Shown here: positions 28,800 through 55,687 of the stretch, piece by piece | How positions within the stretch are numbered: the stretch's first letter is position 1 | Layout of the letters: every line of letters starts with the position of its first letter | Assembly (NCBI RefSeq): GCF_009914755.1 | Contig: NC_060943.1 | DNA from: the human T2T-CHM13v2.0 reference genome, Homo sapiens | Strand: one strand, 5' to 3' | Length of the DNA: 64,000 nucleotides | Notes under the pieces: generated by a model | Seen by the model: the letters and a program-made list of their open reading frames with translations, nothing else | The model's database searches: none | What the model was told of the DNA's origin: nothing | Position numbers and translations under genes: made by a program

Positions 28800-29600
28800 A
28801 TCGGGGCGAATATCCCCGCCTCCTGACCTCAATTTTCCTAAGCTAGAAAGGACCTTTCGATCCTCCGACTTGTGCCCATAGTAAAGCGGCGGCCCTAAGA
28901 CGACGCGGGGGTCCTTGTGCGCACTTAAATGGAGTCGGCTGCGCTTGGTGAGTTCCCACACCCGGTAGATGTGAGGGAAAAACTGCCTTACTCAGAAGGC
29001 ACCACCCCTTGCGTCGGCCGCGGACTCTAGGCCAATGACGGGCCAGGACACGGGCGATTTCTGCGGGCCAGGGCGGCGGAGGTGGGACTTCCGCTTCGTC
29101 GCGTGACGTCATCTCCGTGAGCAGGATTGGCCCTGGAACAGTGTGGGGCCTGGACCGCTGGGTAGGCGCGTCCAGCGGCCTGAGCAGGGGAGGGTAATGA
29201 GGCTGTTACGCGCCTTCTCCGCATCTTGGCGGGAGCCTGACGCCCCGCTTCTTCCCTAACGGGGTGTTCCACCGGCGCCTGCCGAGGCCTAGGCCTCCGC
29301 AGCCGCCCTCCGTCTCCTCAGCCCCGACGCTGCGCCCGCTTTGTGCTCATTTTTCTCTGGGGAAACTGAGGCTCCGAGTGCGAAAGTCAGCCGAGGTCGC
29401 CCCGCCCAGGACAGAGAAGGGCTGGGGGTCGGCTGAGCCGCGGCATTCCCGGGCCCCGCTAGGGCTGCAGGGTCTCAGGATGGCAGCCTCGGCGCAGGTG
29501 AGTGGACGAGGTTTCGGCCTTGCTGCTGCTCTGCTACTTCTGGAGGCCTCGTGGGCAGGCAGAAGCCAAGACAGCCACAGGATGTTTCTTTGTCGCCGTC
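28800..29600 (+). promoter_or_regulatory. ZNF543: ZNF543 CpG-island promoter and exon 1
   Basis: CpG-dense. ZNF143-like ACTGCCTTACTCAGAA at 28982, CCAAT at 29032, ETS ACTTCCG at 29087, palindromic CRE TGACGTCA at 29104-29111, reverse CCAAT at 29126. Confidence 0.85.
29480..29497 (+). CDS. ZNF543: ZNF543 coding exon 1 (MAASAQ)
   Basis: AGGATGG Kozak context; CAG|GTGAGT donor. Confidence 0.9.
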
Positions 29601-30999
29601 GTTTATTTAAGAGAAGTGGCCGTAGCTTGTCATTTCCTTTATCCGCAGTCCTGCAATAGTGTTGGCCTCCGACAGGTGCTCAGTCCTTGGTAGAAGGATG
29701 AATGATGCTTCCTTCATGGATCTCATCACACTTCCCTTAAATCCAACCTCCTCTGTTGCCTGCCAGCCCCTACCCCATCCACCTGGCCAACCACCCCTGA
29801 CCTTGTCTCTCCATTTTTCCCTTGTCCTTTGCTCTTCAGAGCCACCAACCTGACCGTGCAGTCTTCTTCCTTTTTCCAGGCTTTCTCTTTGCACTTCCCT
29901 TTGCCTTGAACACTGCCCCTATAACTTCGCAGGGCCTCCCTCTCATATCTTTCTGGCCTCTGTCCAGATGTCACCTATTTGGAGGTGGCTTTCTTGGCAA
30001 TTCCGGCTAAAGTGGCGCCTTACGCACTTGCCCATTTTTGGCAATGTGTGGCATTTTTGTATAGAGAATCTGACGATATTAAAGAAGCTTGCCGTTTGAG
30101 TTGGTCTAGGATGTTATGTGAACAAAGAGAAACGAAATAATTGCAAAGAGTGACAGCTGATCATAAAGAGTCCTTGCTGTGGGCTGATTGGCAGGCATTA
30201 TTTAACCCTCAGCTCCTTTAATCCTGAACTCCTTAGAATTAGGTTCTCTTGTCCTCACTGTTTTACACAAGAGCAGCTGGAGGCTCACATAGGTTCAATT
30301 ACCTGCCTTACATCACTGTAGCTCTTAAGTATCAGAAACTAACAACTGGTGTGTCTACCATCACAGCCTGTGTTTTTACCCTCTTCTTTGCCCGCAATGG
30401 TTAGGGAGGCCTGGGGGTGACACCTAAAGTAAACTTTGCAAGTTGAGCAGGCTTCCTTCTAGCAGGTGGTCTTGGACATGAGGAGTCATGGCATTTCATG
30501 CTGGTGGAACTGTGTGGACTAAAAAAAAATGGTTTATTGGTTGTTTAAGGAGTCCGCAGGGGACCCGTGTGGCTTCCACAGTGGTTTCCTGAGTGGTTTT
30601 CTCCTATACCAGCTGACACATGTCTTGGGACACAAGATTTTGTGGTCTTTTGCTAGATGTGCCTTCCTCCTTAGCCAGGACAGACATAGCCAGTCAGGGG
30701 CCCATGTTCTCATGGCTACAACCTGCTGTGTCCTCTGTGACTCTTGTTCCTTGCTCCTGAAGTATCCTGACCTCAGGGATACTTGTTGGTAGGACTCAAA
30801 CAGGAAAAGGTAGTGATAGCTCGTTGTGGATTCTTCCTATGAGAATGGGCATCTGTGAGGCCCAGAAGTGTCCGAGGCAGCAGATGCAGGTCCAGGCCCT
30901 GCCACTTTTGAGGCAGGTGCCACCTCAGGTGACTCTTCTGTGAGGTAGGTGATTATGACTATGCTGCTCTGCCCAGGTCCATGAAAATATTTCAAGTGG

Positions 31000-31125
31000 C
31001 TAACCCCAGCACAGTGGCATGTGTCTGTATATCCAGCTTGGGAGGCTAAGGCAGGAGGATCATGAGTTCAAGCCCAACCTGGGCAAAATGTTGAGACCCT
31101 GTCTCAAAAAAAAAAAAAAAAAATC
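31000..31125 (+). mobile_element. FLAM/Alu monomer
   Basis: GGGAGGCTAAGGCAGGAGGATC followed by poly(A). Confidence 0.65.
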
Positions 31126-31705
31126 CTGAAAATATTTTCAGGGTGGCTCAAATGGATGTATTTCAATGTTTCCCATCCTCATTAACTGTGCATTAACTTT
31201 GCTAATGAAGGAGTGTCGGGTTGCATGATTAGAACATAGACCATAGGGCCCTGGGTTCAAATTCTGTCTCTCCTGATAAGAGATGTGACTTTGGGTAGAC
31301 TAGTGGAGGTCCTGGACCTCAAGTCTCTGAGTGTGACATGGAGATGATGATGGTGAACTCAGGAGCTGTGGCCCTTTGCCCCAGTGTTTCCTTTACAGCT
31401 TTTCTTCAGATCTTTTGACTATTCTTGGTGAAGTGGAAAACCCTGTTGTGTTGACCTGGACATCAGGGCTCAGATAAATGAAATGAGATTTCCAAGGTCA
31501 CATAGCAGGCTTGTGTTGATTTCAGGAATTTGGTTTTAAACCTCAGGAGTCTGACTCCTGAGCTGGGGACTTTTAGTCACTTTACCATGGCATGTAAAGC
31601 CATTAGCATGAGGCAGGCTCACAGGGAGGATCGGTAAGACTCAGGTGCTGTTCTTGTTGTTGTTGCTGGTGTTGTTTTTGTTATTATTCTTTCCCATTCC
31701 TCTGA

Positions 31706-32115
<410 letters not shown>

Positions 32116-32128
32116 GACACTGCTGTAA

Positions 32129-32461
<333 letters not shown>

Positions 32462-32693
32462 TAGGATTGAGTTCTCCTACTCATGTTCCCCTCTCTCCTC
32501 CACAGCCTACTTGTTCTGAGGCTCCTGGCACCACACAGGGGTGTTCACCATTTGCTCTGAGTGTAGCACTTGGGAGACCAGGGTCTGGTGTCCAGGAGTC
32601 CACTCCCATCTCCACTGCTCATGATCCCTGTGTTCCTGGGCAAGTTAAGGAATCCCTCTGTGCCTCAGTTTTTCTCATGAATAAAAAGGGCCA

Positions 32694-33023
<330 letters not shown>

Positions 33024-34176
33024 CTAGTGTGAGGGCAAATGGTTCAGTAGAGTGTGTTGTGATAGGTGGCTGGGCGCAGGTTAGCAATTGTGACCTCTGT
33101 TGCTGTCACTATTGTCACTGCTGTCTAAATCATTGTCCTCATAATCAGCAGTATCACACTTGGACTCCGCAGTTTTTGGAACAACTTTGTATAGTTTTTT
33201 AGTTAAATTGGCCAGATGCTTTTGATGACTAGACTCAGGTGTACATTTTGGCTTGGCCATTCGCCATTTCCCAGATTTTGGCAAGTCACTTTATCTGCCT
33301 GAGCCTCGATCTCTTCATCTATAATGTGGTCCTGATTGCAGTACATTCTTAATGTGCATCCTGTGAAGAAATCCTAAAATAGAATTTTTCATGCAGGGAC
33401 CATAGGAGTAGCAATGTAATGCTTTGCTTAGAATGTAAAAAAAAGCCTTAGGTCAGTGAAGAAACTTACCTTTCTCCTGAATGGAGACTCAGTATCTCAA
33501 ATATGTTATTTCTTTTCTAAACTAATGACTAAATTTAATTGAGTGTTTATAAAATACAATGCATTTAAATTGCTTGGCATATTCCCTAGGTTATAGTTAC
33601 ATTGTATAAATATCAGTTATTGACATACTATTAGGAGTAAAGTTCTATGGCCAGGTGGCATATTGATTAAGGACTTGAATTTGAGAGCCACAGCAGGAAA
33701 GTCTCTCCAAGAAGTGACATTTGAGCTGAGACCCAAAGAGTGAGTTGATTAGAAGGAGCAAGATAGAGGAGCAAGTAGTATTCCAAGTAGGCAGGCTGGC
33801 ATGTGCAAAGGCCCTGAGGTGGTGAAGAGCATGATCCTGACAAAGCTGAAGGAAGGTCTGATTCCCCTTTTTCACTGCACTGTCATTGAACCCAGTGCCA
33901 AGCACATAGCAAAAATGAGTGAACATTTGCTTAGAGATGACTGATGAATCCCACCCTGTGTTTTTGTGGGTCCTACTGCCTGTGCCATTAACTTCTCCAT
34001 AGAGTACTTATGTCTTTTACCCCCTTATATTTTGAAAAGTTTTGGGCTATATGTGCAGATCAGCTCATACAGTCTTAACCCTGAAGGAAATATATTATCT
34101 CACCTAATAAGCTTAGTGGTAAGGCTGGCTCCTGGGTTGGTGGGTGTCAAGCCAGTTGTCTTTCTTTGCTCCCACT

Positions 34177-36688
<2,512 letters not shown>

Positions 36689-36747
36689 TTTGTTTTTTCT
36701 ATAATGCCATCTCTAATAAGCCTTTTTGTGTATTGTGTTCGTTCCAG

Positions 36748-38309
36748 GTGACAACACAAAACCCAAGACCACAGAGCCTACCTTTTCTCACCTGGCCTTG
36801 CCTGAGGAAGTCTTACTCCAGGAACGACTGACACAAGGAGCCTCAAAGAACTCCCAATTAGGGCAATCCAAGGATCAGGATGGGCCATCTGAAATGCAAG
36901 AAGTCCACTTGAAAATAGGGATAGGCCCCCAGCGGGGGAAGCTGCTGGAGAAAATGAGTTCTGAACGTGATGGTTTGGGGTCAGATGATGGTGTATGTAC
37001 AAAGATTACACAGAAACAAGTTTCAACAGAAGGTGATCTCTATGAATGTGATTCACATGGACCAGTTACAGATGCCTTGATTCGCGAAGAGAAAAATTCC
37101 TATAAATGTGAGGAATGCGGGAAAGTGTTTAAAAAGAATGCCCTCCTTGTTCAGCATGAACGGATTCACACTCAAGTGAAGCCCTATGAATGCACAGAGT
37201 GTGGGAAAACCTTTAGCAAGAGCACTCATCTTCTTCAGCACCACATCATCCACACTGGGGAGAAGCCCTATAAGTGCATGGAGTGTGGGAAGGCTTTTAA
37301 CCGCAGGTCACACCTCACACGGCACCAGCGGATTCACAGTGGAGAGAAGCCTTATAAGTGCAGTGAATGTGGAAAGGCCTTCACCCACCGCTCCACTTTT
37401 GTCTTGCATCACAGGAGCCACACTGGAGAAAAACCCTTTGTGTGCAAAGAGTGTGGCAAAGCCTTTCGAGATAGGCCAGGTTTCATTCGACACTACATCA
37501 TCCACACGGGAGAGAAGCCCTATGAGTGCATTGAGTGTGGGAAGGCCTTCAACCGCCGGTCATACCTCACGTGGCACCAACAGATTCACACTGGAGTGAA
37601 ACCCTTTGAATGCAACGAGTGTGGAAAAGCTTTTTGCGAGAGTGCAGACCTCATTCAACACTACATTATCCACACTGGGGAGAAGCCCTATAAGTGCATG
37701 GAGTGTGGGAAGGCGTTCAACCGTAGGTCACACCTCAAGCAGCATCAACGGATTCACACTGGGGAGAAGCCTTATGAATGCAGTGAATGTGGAAAGGCCT
37801 TCACCCACTGCTCCACTTTTGTCTTGCATAAAAGGACCCACACAGGAGAAAAACCCTATGAATGCAAAGAATGTGGAAAAGCCTTTAGTGATAGGGCAGA
37901 CCTCATTCGCCACTTCAGCATCCACACTGGAGAGAAACCCTATGAGTGCGTGGAGTGTGGAAAGGCCTTCAACCGCAGCTCACACCTCACGAGGCACCAA
38001 CAGATTCACACTGGAGAGAAACCCTATGAATGCATCCAGTGTGGGAAAGCCTTTTGCCGGAGCGCAAACCTTATTCGACACTCCATCATTCACACTGGAG
38101 AGAAGCCGTATGAATGCAGTGAGTGTGGAAAGGCTTTTAATCGCGGCTCATCCCTCACACATCATCAAAGGATTCATACTGGGAGAAACCCTACCATTGT
38201 AACAGATGTGGGAAGACCTTTTATGACTGCACAGACTTCAGTCAACATCCAGGAACTTTTATTAGGGAAAGAGTTTTTGAATATCACCACTGAAGAAAAT
38301 CTGTGGTGA
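36748..38309 (+). CDS. ZNF543: ZNF543 exon 4: spacer, 13 C2H2 fingers and tail
   Basis: TTCCAG acceptor. Exon lengths 18+127+96+1562 = 1803 nt = 600 aa plus stop. 13 CxxC..HxxxH units with TGEKP-type linkers. Confidence 0.95.
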
Positions 38310-38457
38310 AAGGGAACATCTTACCATCTGGCCATTCACACTGAAGAGAAACTTCATAAGCATCCTCTCTTTGAGAAAACGTGTAATAGATGATCATTTG
38401 TCGTCTAAACAATCAAGTTAGAAATTGAACCAGCCTGGAGTCTTATTCTCCACCTGA

Positions 38458-38854
<397 letters not shown>

Positions 38855-39811
38855 ATCTCAGGGATATTTAAACAAAGGAAGAGGAAATATAGGGAAGAGA
38901 AAGAAACCACAGCTTCTTTTAGACTTGTCTGACAAGCCTATGGCAATTTTGTCGTCCCTTTGTTATTTTATGTGGGAGAGGGAAATGTTTCAGAAACGAA
39001 AGATCTCATCCCCTTTATTTTTCTGTGTATGCATTCACTGCTGCCCAGTGTCAGAACAGTTATACAAACGAGGGCTTGAAAACATTTTGTGAAAACTTGC
39101 TTAGTCCTGCAACGTTCTCCACTCTCGAGGTGCAGGAGCATACATCTTTATAAAAAATATGGAGGCTTGAGTTATGAAACACTTTTATAAGGAGATAAGG
39201 ATGTACATATGTTTGGACACATTGTCCACTTCAGATGCTTGTTTAAAAAAATGTTTCACCATGTGTCTTTACCCAATACACATACTTTTTCTTGATGTGG
39301 ATTTACTTTTTTTTTTTTTTTTAAGTTTTCCTGGGATAGGGATGATAGTGTAATTGTTCATGCCCACAGTAATCCTGGGAATCTTAGTTTTTTCCTATGA
39401 TTGTGGTTTCTCAGCTTCTTTACCTCTCCTTTGAGTTAGGTCCACCTCAGTTTTCTAAAGGTCAAATTAAGGCCCCCCCAAAAATACAGTATGTAGCTGA
39501 ATTCCTTTGAAAGATCATGATAAACTCAGAAGAACAAACATAGAAGGAATGTCATTTTTAATCTTTTTAAAGAGTGTGTGAAAATTCACTTTAACTGGAA
39601 TTTTAACAGGCAAGCCGGCATGCATATATGTAGGGATGTGTGACTTTCACAGTTGTCACCATGGACTTAGGCTTGATTAAAATGCTACACATTTAGAGCG
39701 TTTTGTAATTCCTTTTTTATATTTTTAAGACTAGATTTTGAGCCATGTGATAGTTTTACCTCATATTAAATATATTGTACAGAAGTAAAAATAATCATGT
39801 ATTCACTTTGA

Positions 39812-40651
<840 letters not shown>

Positions 40652-40659
40652 CTCCTTGT

Positions 40660-47200
<6,541 letters not shown>

Positions 47201-47515
47201 AGCGCTCTTCTTTTAAGTTTTGTGACCTTGATCTGTCTTTGGAGAGGGCTGCAGGGAGTGGAGTGCTGACGACTCTCACTGCTTGCCTTGAGATGGCGCT
47301 ATCCTGGAAGTGAAAGTATAATGCCAACTAGCATTGCCTTGGACTGCCTCCTTCTGCCTTGCTACTGGCTAGGGGTGGGAGTTTGGCTCTCCTGCTGTGC
47401 AAAGGGAAGGAGCATGTAGACTTTTTAAATCAGGTTGCTTAAAAGTGGGCCAAAGGGGAGGTGGGGCTTTTAAACTGGCAACAATCAAATGTCACATATC
47501 AAAAATGGAGTCAGA

Positions 47516-47825
47516 GGCCAGGCACGGTGGCTCACGCCTGTAATCCCAGCACTTTGGGAGGCCGAGCAGGGAGGATTGCCTCAGGCCAGGAGTTCAAGAC
47601 AAGCGTGGCCAACATAGCGAAACCGTGTCTCTACTAAAAATACAAAAAATTAGCCGGTCATGGTGGCGCATGCCTGTAATTCCAGCTACTCAGGAGGCTG
47701 AAGCACAAGAATCGCTTGAACCCTGGAGGCGGAGGTTGCAGAGAGCCAAGAATGTGCCACTGCACTCCAGCCGGGGCAACAGAGTGAGACTCTGTCTAAA
47801 AAACAACAACAAAAAAAAAAACCCA
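47516..47825 (+). mobile_element. AluS
   Basis: Complete sense Alu. Confidence 0.85.
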
Positions 47826-47889
47826 TAAAACAAAAATGGAATCAGACTGTCATACTTTTGGTTGGCTGAAAAATAGGAAAAAAAACAAA

Positions 47890-49010
<1,121 letters not shown>

Positions 49011-49133
49011 ATGTAGACACAAATGGATTAGGGTTTGTAGCTAACGCTGTTGATGTCTTGTTCTGTACAACCCATCTTCCTACAAGTCTTATCAAATGAC
49101 CTCTGGGAGGATGTCAGCCTGCTCACTAATAAA

Positions 49134-49446
49134 GTTTTTGTTTTGTTTTGTTTTTTGAGACAGAGTCTGGCTCTGTCCCCCAGGCTGTAGGGTAGGAGTG
49201 CAGTGGTGTGATCTCGGCTCACTGCAGCCTTCGCCTCCTGGGTTCAAGTGATTCTCATGCCTCAGCCTTCTTAGTAGCTGAGATTACAGGTGTCCACCAC
49301 CACACCCGGCTAATTTTTGTATTTTTGGTAGAGGCAGGGTTTCACCATGTTGGCCAGGCTGGTCTCGAACCCTTGACCTCAATTGATCCACCCTCTTCAG
49401 CCTCCCAAAGTGCTGGGATTACAGGTGTGAGCCACTGTGCCTGGCC
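49134..49446 (-). mobile_element. AluS
   Basis: TSD CACTAATAAAGTTTT. Confidence 0.85.
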
Positions 49447-50884
49447 ACTAATAAAGTTTTATTGCGCCCCCTCTTCCGTCTCACTGCCTCATTTTCATTC
49501 CTGTGCATCCTGAGTTCATATCTCAGATAAACTCCCTGTACTCCAGTAATCATCTCACAGTTTACTGCCATAGAATATCAAAAGTAAGAAGTTCTGTTTT
49601 CACATTCTTTCTATTAATGAACACCCAATTTTCACATTCTTTCCCCTCTCACTTCTGTAGATCGTTACTTCATACTCATTTTCTGAAATGTCTTCCTCTT
49701 TTTGCCCCATTCTGTGGGACTCAACCATGCAAAGCTCTAAACCTAGATTGAACATTAGTCCAACGTTTTCTGAGCTGACCCAGGCTGTTTGGAAGTTCTG
49801 GGAAAAACCTTAACCCCCATTTCCACCACCCCACAGACCTCTTCCCATCCCTCAGTGAACTAAAATCTCTGGAGGATCCAGTTTCTCAGATGCCCAGTAT
49901 TTTTCTGGCCTTGCCATTGCCATTTTTGGGGGAAATCATTTATCCACACCAATTAAAGGAATGTCAGATGAAGTTTTCTGTTAGTCTTCCTAAATTGTGG
50001 CAGCCAGTGTCTCCCCATGAGTTGCGTGCAAACCCCCACATGGCTCTGTACAACTTTCTCTTTGCAAAATTAATATTTTTAGTATATAAAATGATATGCC
50101 AGATGTATGGTTGTCTTTCCTAAATCTATACAGCCATCCCTATGTTTTCACTTACTCTAAAGGAAGTTCAAATTTTGCATTGTTTTCTTGCATGTTTTCT
50201 TTATATATCATTCCTTTTTTTTTTTTTTTTTTTGGACAGGTCTAGGGGAATATCTAAGGTGTAGTCTTGAATTATCTCTAAGTTTAAATATTCTTCTATT
50301 AATTTTTTTGCCTTTTTTTATTTTTGTGGAGAATGAGGTCTTGTTATGTTGCCCAGGCAGGTCTTGAACTCCTAGGCTCATTCTATCCTCCTGCCTCTGC
50401 CCTCCTAAGTGCTAGGATTGCAAGCATGAGCCATCATGTTCAGTCCTATTAATTTTTCTTAAAAAAGATAATGAAGTAAACTTTGCATTCAGTAATCTCC
50501 TGTTAAGAATATTTTTGGTGAATTTTGATGAATACATGGTTTTGTGATCACAAACCACCATTAAAGCTGTGAAATATTTCCATCACAAGAAAATATTCCT
50601 TGATATAGTCAAACTGTCTCCCAAACTCCAGCTATAAGGCCCATTCATTTAGGTTTTTCTCTTTTTGCCTTTTTTAGAATGTGAAGTGAATGGAATCATA
50701 TAATATGTGGTTTTCAGATATTTTCACTTGGCATATGATTTTGGGATTTATTCATTTTATTTCATATTGTTTCTTATATAGAGTAGTTTATTTTGTGGAT
50801 ATGCTACAATTTGTTCATCTGTTCACCTGTTCGTGAACAATTTTCCAAGTTTTTGGCTGTCGTGAATAGGACGTTCATGAATAT

Positions 50885-53800
50885 TTGCTACAGATATTTG
50901 GATGGAAACATTTTAACTTGTCTTTTGTAAATAACTAAGAGTAGAATTGGTATATCATATGGTATGTTTATATTTACCTATATAGGAAGCTGTCAAGTTG
51001 TTTTCCAAAATGACTGTATCATTTTGCATTCTCATCAAAAATGTATGAGAGTCCAGTGCTGCATCTTTGTCATCACTTGGTATTTATTGTCACTTTGAAA
51101 CATTTTACTAATTTCAGCAGGTGTGTTGCAGTATTTTATTTGGGTTTTAAGTTGCATTGCTAAAATGACTCATGATATTGAATATCTTTTCATGTGTTCA
51201 TTGTTGATTTGTATATCTTTAGTTATTTGTCCAAATCTTTTTTTTTTTTTTTTTTTTGAGACAGAATCTTGCTCTATCTCCCAGGCTAGAGTGCAATGGT
51301 GCAATCTTAGCTCACTGAAACCTCTGTCTCCCAAGTTCAACTGATTCTCATGCCTCGGCCTCTTGAGTAGCTCGGATTACAGGCACGCACCACCACGCCC
51401 AGCTGGTCCAAATCTTTTTTCAATTTTTAATTGCTTTTTTCTTCTTAACACGAAATTACATAACTTTGCTTTAATTTTCTCCTTTTTAAATGTTCTATAT
51501 TATAGTCATTTCTCAGTTATATGTTTTGCAAATTGTTTTTTTTTTTCAGTCTTTGACTTGCCTTTTAATTTTCTTAGCAGTGTTTTTGGAAGAGTAGATG
51601 TCTTAAATTCTGATGTAATAAAAATATTTTGTCTTTATGTTTTTTTGTGTGTGTCCTGTCTAATTAGACTTTGCCTACTGCAATGTTGCAAAGCTTTGAC
51701 TTATGTTTTCTTCTAGGCATTTTATATTTTTAGATCTTTTATGTGGTCTGAGACCCTTTTTTTTTTTTTTTAACGGAATCTCGCTCTGCCACACAGACTG
51801 GAGTGCAAAATGATGCAATCTTGGCTCACTGAAACCTCTGCCTCCCAGGTTCAAGCGATTCTCGTACCTCAGCCTCCTAAGTAGCTGGGACTACAGGCAC
51901 ATGCCACTATGCCCAGCTAATTTTCGTATTTTTAGTAGAGATGGGGTTTTGTCTTATTGGTCAGGCTGGTCTCCAACTCCTGACCTCAAGGTGATCCACC
52001 CACCTCGGCCTCCCAAAGTGCTGGGATTACAGGCGTGAGCCACTGAGCCCGGCCTGAGTTAACGTTTATATATGATCTGAGGTAAGGGTTTCACATTAAA
52101 TTAAATGTGTTTTATAACCCAACAAATCACTCTGGGGACATAACCATTAGGAATGAGGGCTTTCTTACACCAAAATACATGTACACAAAGATTTATAACA
52201 ATTTCACAATAATCAACAACTATAAATAATTCAAATGACAGTCATCTGTAAGATATTTAAGTAAATTGTGAAACAGTCATAAAGTGGAAGAAAACACACA
52301 GATTAAAACTGTTACTTTTGTCCAACAAGATGAATGAATTTTCCAGGAAGGAATACTTGAGTTGGGGCTTGTGGAAGCCCCAACCTGTTTGTAGTTTGGG
52401 GTTGCCATCTGCCTCACAGAGCAAAGTGAAGGGTTTGGATTTGGGGAACACAAAATTGTGTTCTCCTATGAAAAACCTTTCTGTAATATAGTTGGCCGTG
52501 GTATTTGCCAGGAATGAAAGGTCAGGGTTGGAGACCTCATGAGTCTGGGTTTTCATTTGAGGTTAAGAGAAAAGGTAGTGATTATAATCAGAAAAGCTAG
52601 AGTGGGTGTAATTACCTCCAGAACTCACTACTGTTAGCCTGGGTTTTATGGTAGTTATGGAAGTGGATTAACTACTAATGATAAAAAATATAGTCTCCTC
52701 CACCTCAGAAAATCTCGAGTGGCAGTGACACGCCAAACACACAGTAGCAAATACAGTAGAATTTTATTGATACTTTTTTAACCAGACAAACCTCATAAAT
52801 GGTGATTTTTTAAAAAAACAGAATAATGTTCACATTTTTGCAGCATTAACTGAGAGAAGGCAAATTTGTGCCTGAGAGGGAGGAAATGTTCTCTTCATTT
52901 GCAGTTCTAGGAATTACATGGGAAACACATGTAGGTAGTCTTCAAGCTATAAATTTAAGATTTGTTTACTTAATCTATAGGTTTATACATGTATGAGAAA
53001 TGGGAAAAAAGAATAAATGTAATACATTAAAACCAATACAGTGAATCTCCACACCCTCCAATGAAAATATGGAACAAAATCTCAGCATGCCCAGCATGAG
53101 TCTGCCAGATTGCAAATTCCATCCAACGCTTCAGAGGATGCTATTATCAAGATTTCTTCATAGTTTGACACTTTAAATATGTGTCAATAATGATAGCTAT
53201 TATATTATGGCCTGATTTTGAAATTTATATTAATGGAATCATGCTTGTAGAGATGTTTTTTCATATTACCGGGATATATTTTTCTGTTATTTTTAAAGAT
53301 GTTTGAAATGAATGTATATCTTTCTAATTATCATCCTTTGTTGATAACATGTACATTAAATGGGATTGCTTTAAAATTCATTGAATCTCATGAGAATATG
53401 TAGAAATGACATTAGTTTTGGTACATTGTAAAGCAAAACTTCAGGTTGAATATCCTATGATAATTTAAAACCACAAAATTATACTATTAATAATAGAGCT
53501 TGAGCACTTTAAGGGACCATAGAGACTCCTTTAATGTAATGGTGAGAATACTGAGGTACAGAGAAGTCAGGTGACTAGCCGAAGCCCATACTCTAAGATA
53601 AAGGCCGACCCCATCTATTTTTCCTAACTTGTCAGAATACTGTAAATTATACTGCTTTTAAAAGACCTATGAAATTGGTGTTGGAGATGCCATCTTGCAA
53701 ATAAAATATTCTCAAATTTTGATTATCTTTGTTTTCTTTATGCATGGGTTACTTAGCGTTTTGTGACTTGATATGCAACCACAGCTTTAAAAATTTCCAG

Positions 53801-55030
53801 TTATCTTCTATTTTTGATCTGTACCCTGATTGAATTATTTTATTTCATTTTACACAAGTTTAAAGAGATTTTTAATTGTCCTAGCTATTCTCAGTTTTGT
53901 TTGTACTCTGTGCTAAAACATGCTGCAATTGGTGTCTGTTATGTTATATGGATTTATCAGGCCAAATGTGTTCATCATGGTATGTGAATCCAACAGAACT
54001 GTACCAATGTTATGCCTGCCTTTTTGATATTATTACTGAGATAACGAATATCAAAGCAGACTGGTTTGTTTAGAGATTTAACCCTTTATTCTCATTATAC
54101 TAAAATTGTTTTATGTAATTTGAATTCATGTTTAAAATTGTAAAGTATGTTTTCCTGTTGATATTTTCTCCCTTATTTCTATTTGTCCGATACAAATGTG
54201 CATTTTTTTGTGTGTGTTTGTGTTTAATAATTACAGGTATGTATTTTCTAGACCTCGATTTAATATATTTCTATGACATTATACCTTAGATGTGTAAGCT
54301 ATGAACTAATTATTACTGGATATTTTTAACTCATCAAAAATTACTGCCTACTTATTCAATAATTTATTCCATGTTCTTTTCTTGTGATAGCTAATATATT
54401 TGGGCTTAAATGCATCTTCTTATTTTGTGCTTATCTTTTCTTCAGTTTTGTTTCTTGTGCTTTCTTTTAAAAACATGTATAGATTATTAATATTCTTAAT
54501 TTTCCTTTTAGTTTGGAATGTATATACTCATTTTGTTAGTCTTTAAGCTGAAAATTATAACACATGTATTTAACACATCAGGGTATAGAGTTATTAATAC
54601 CTTTACCCTCCTCCTGGATAATATAAGGCATGTTATCATGTAGTGGTATTGAGGCATCGTTAATTCTATTGTTCTACTCAACAAGGGGATATTGTTCATG
54701 TTTTATACAGATAATGAATAATTGTATTGATCCGCAGATGCATTCCTTATATCACGCAGATCTTTCACCTGGAATCACTTTTTTTTTGCCTTAAATATAA
54801 CCTTTTGGGTTACCTTTTTAACTAAAATTTTCATTTTTTACCTCATATGGTCTTATTTTATACTGCTTCTTGAAAAACACTATTGTTGTGAATAGAAATC
54901 TAGGTTTGCACTTATTTCTTCAGTAACTTCACTGTATCCTTCCACTACATCCATGAGTCACTATATACTGGATGTGAGTGGAGACAATTTATATTGTGAC
55001 TATAGTCTTCCTGTGCTACAGAAACAAAAT
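50885..55030 (+). repeat. Paralogous block copy B (counterpart of 12080-16915), with its own Alus at ~51238-51404 and ~51757-52054
   Basis: Same co-linear anchors as copy A. Confidence 0.85.
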
Positions 55031-55044
55031 TTGATGGCGGTGGT

Positions 55045-55687
<643 letters not shown>

